A stretch of DNA of 37,232 nt from Gemmatimonadota bacterium (GTDB lineage: Bacteria > Latescibacterota > UBA2968 > UBA8231). The stretch lies in contig JAYPJE010000012.1 in the NCBI GenBank assembly GCA_038128265.1, forward strand, positions 1 to 37,232, read 5' to 3'. The notes under the pieces were generated by a model. The model searched no databases and was not told the DNA's origin. It saw nothing but the letters and a program-made list of their open reading frames with translations. Shown here in pieces: positions 36,619-37,232 of this stretch (its first letter is position 1; every line of letters starts with the position of its first letter). Made by a program: the position numbers and the translations under genes.

Positions 36619-37232
36619 ATGTCATTTATCTGTAAAATTAGCGGCAACGCTGTAGTTTGTATTGCATTGCTGTCCGGTGTGCTCGCTTCGCCAGCTGTGG
36701 CTTTAGACGTGACGCTGGATAAGTGGTATGTGGGCATATTTTCATATGTAAACGGCCAAGTTTCTCACTTTGGCGAAGACGTACACGCCGGTATGAAGCA
36801 GAATGGACTGTCGCTCGGTGAGACATCCATTTTTACGCGGGGAAAGCTGACGTCCAGAATATCTCTGCTTAGCGAGCACTCACTGCAGTCGTTCTACTAT
36901 CGAGAAGATCAATTTAGGCTTGAGCGATTGGCTGTTCGCTACGAGATCAATGAGCGTCACTGGGCAGAGTTCGGTAAAATTCACACGCCTGTCAACTATT
37001 GGAATGATTGGTTCCACCACGGTCGTCTTTTCTTTCCCACCCTTGATCGCCCCGCATTTTTTTCCGACAACTTTTTTGTCATGCACGATATAGGTGCGCG
37101 GCTTGGAGGAGAGCTTGGCGCGGCCGGTTTACAGTATGACGTGTTCTTGGGCTCGGGCAGCGGCGCGGTATCCCATAGTCACGGAAATAGTTCGATGTCC
37201 AGCGACCACGGCGACGACTCGATGTCCGATGA
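36619..37232 (+). CDS. Exported porin-like outer-membrane protein, truncated by window end (not in ORF track)
   Basis: Manual translation from ATG 36619 (GAGAGAGG RBS) stays open to the window end: MSFICKISGNAVVCIALLSGVLASPAVA-LD...FRLERL...FGKIHTPVNYWNDWFHHG...PTLDRP...HDIG...HSHGNSSMSSDHGDDSMSD. Confidence 0.75.
   Translation, partial: MSFICKISGNAVVCIALLSGVLASPAVALDVTLDKWYVGIFSYVNGQVSHFGEDVHAGMKQNGLSLGETSIFTRGKLTSRISLLSEHSLQSFYYREDQFRLERLAVRYEINERHWAEFGKIHTPVNYWNDWFHHGRLFFPTLDRPAFFSDNFFVMHDIGARLGGELGAAGLQYDVFLGSGSGAVSHSHGNSSMSSDHGDDSMSD

Noticed and set aside
36519..37086. Short minus-strand ORFs at 36519-36737, 36638-36826 and 36880-37086
   Set aside because: They are antisense to the longer plus-strand ORF from 36619, which has an RBS and a signal peptide.
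1..37232. Many long overlapping or antisense ORFs in the track (e.g. 551-1384 +, 5959-6681 +, 6742-7638 +, 9887-10630 +)
   Set aside because: They are shadow frames of well-supported genes in GC-rich DNA, with low-complexity Arg/Ala/Ser-rich or antisense-mirror composition and no family motifs.

Overview
GC-rich bacterial chromosomal segment (sampled coding lines about 65% GC) with about 35 protein-coding genes. I found no rRNA, tRNA, CRISPR array, integrase or transposase. The content is mostly catabolic and nutrient-scavenging. (i) A minus-strand run (8660->4): D-2-hydroxyacid dehydrogenase, HpcH aldolase, Asp-box beta-propeller, NAD epimerase, PhyH dioxygenase, amidohydrolase, VOC protein, two paralogous stand-alone CBM9-like proteins and an aldo-keto reductase. 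(ii) hrpB, a LysE exporter, an acyl-CoA dehydrogenase-like flavoprotein, an M16 protease and amtB. (iii) An AKR-like/CMD/recQ/Gfo-Idh-MocA/SRPBCC operon. (iv) A SulP-YeeE-YeeE-CstB-like sulfur operon that converges on a PhyH-sulfatase-AKR operon. (v) Tat-exported phoX, a further PhyH-like enzyme, a cupin, a small beta-barrel, EamA and a UxuA-like dehydratase. (vi) A low-GC porin-like gene with a His/Met/Asp-rich segment, missing from the ORF track and truncated by the window end. The expansion of PhyH, AKR and sulfatase families resembles Latescibacterota/Poribacteria-like heterotrophs (inference only). All product calls come from motif recognition by eye, not from database searches. The best candidates for undescribed biology are the cytoplasmic CBM9-like pair and its cluster, the paired sulfur operons, the structured amtB leader and the terminal porin.
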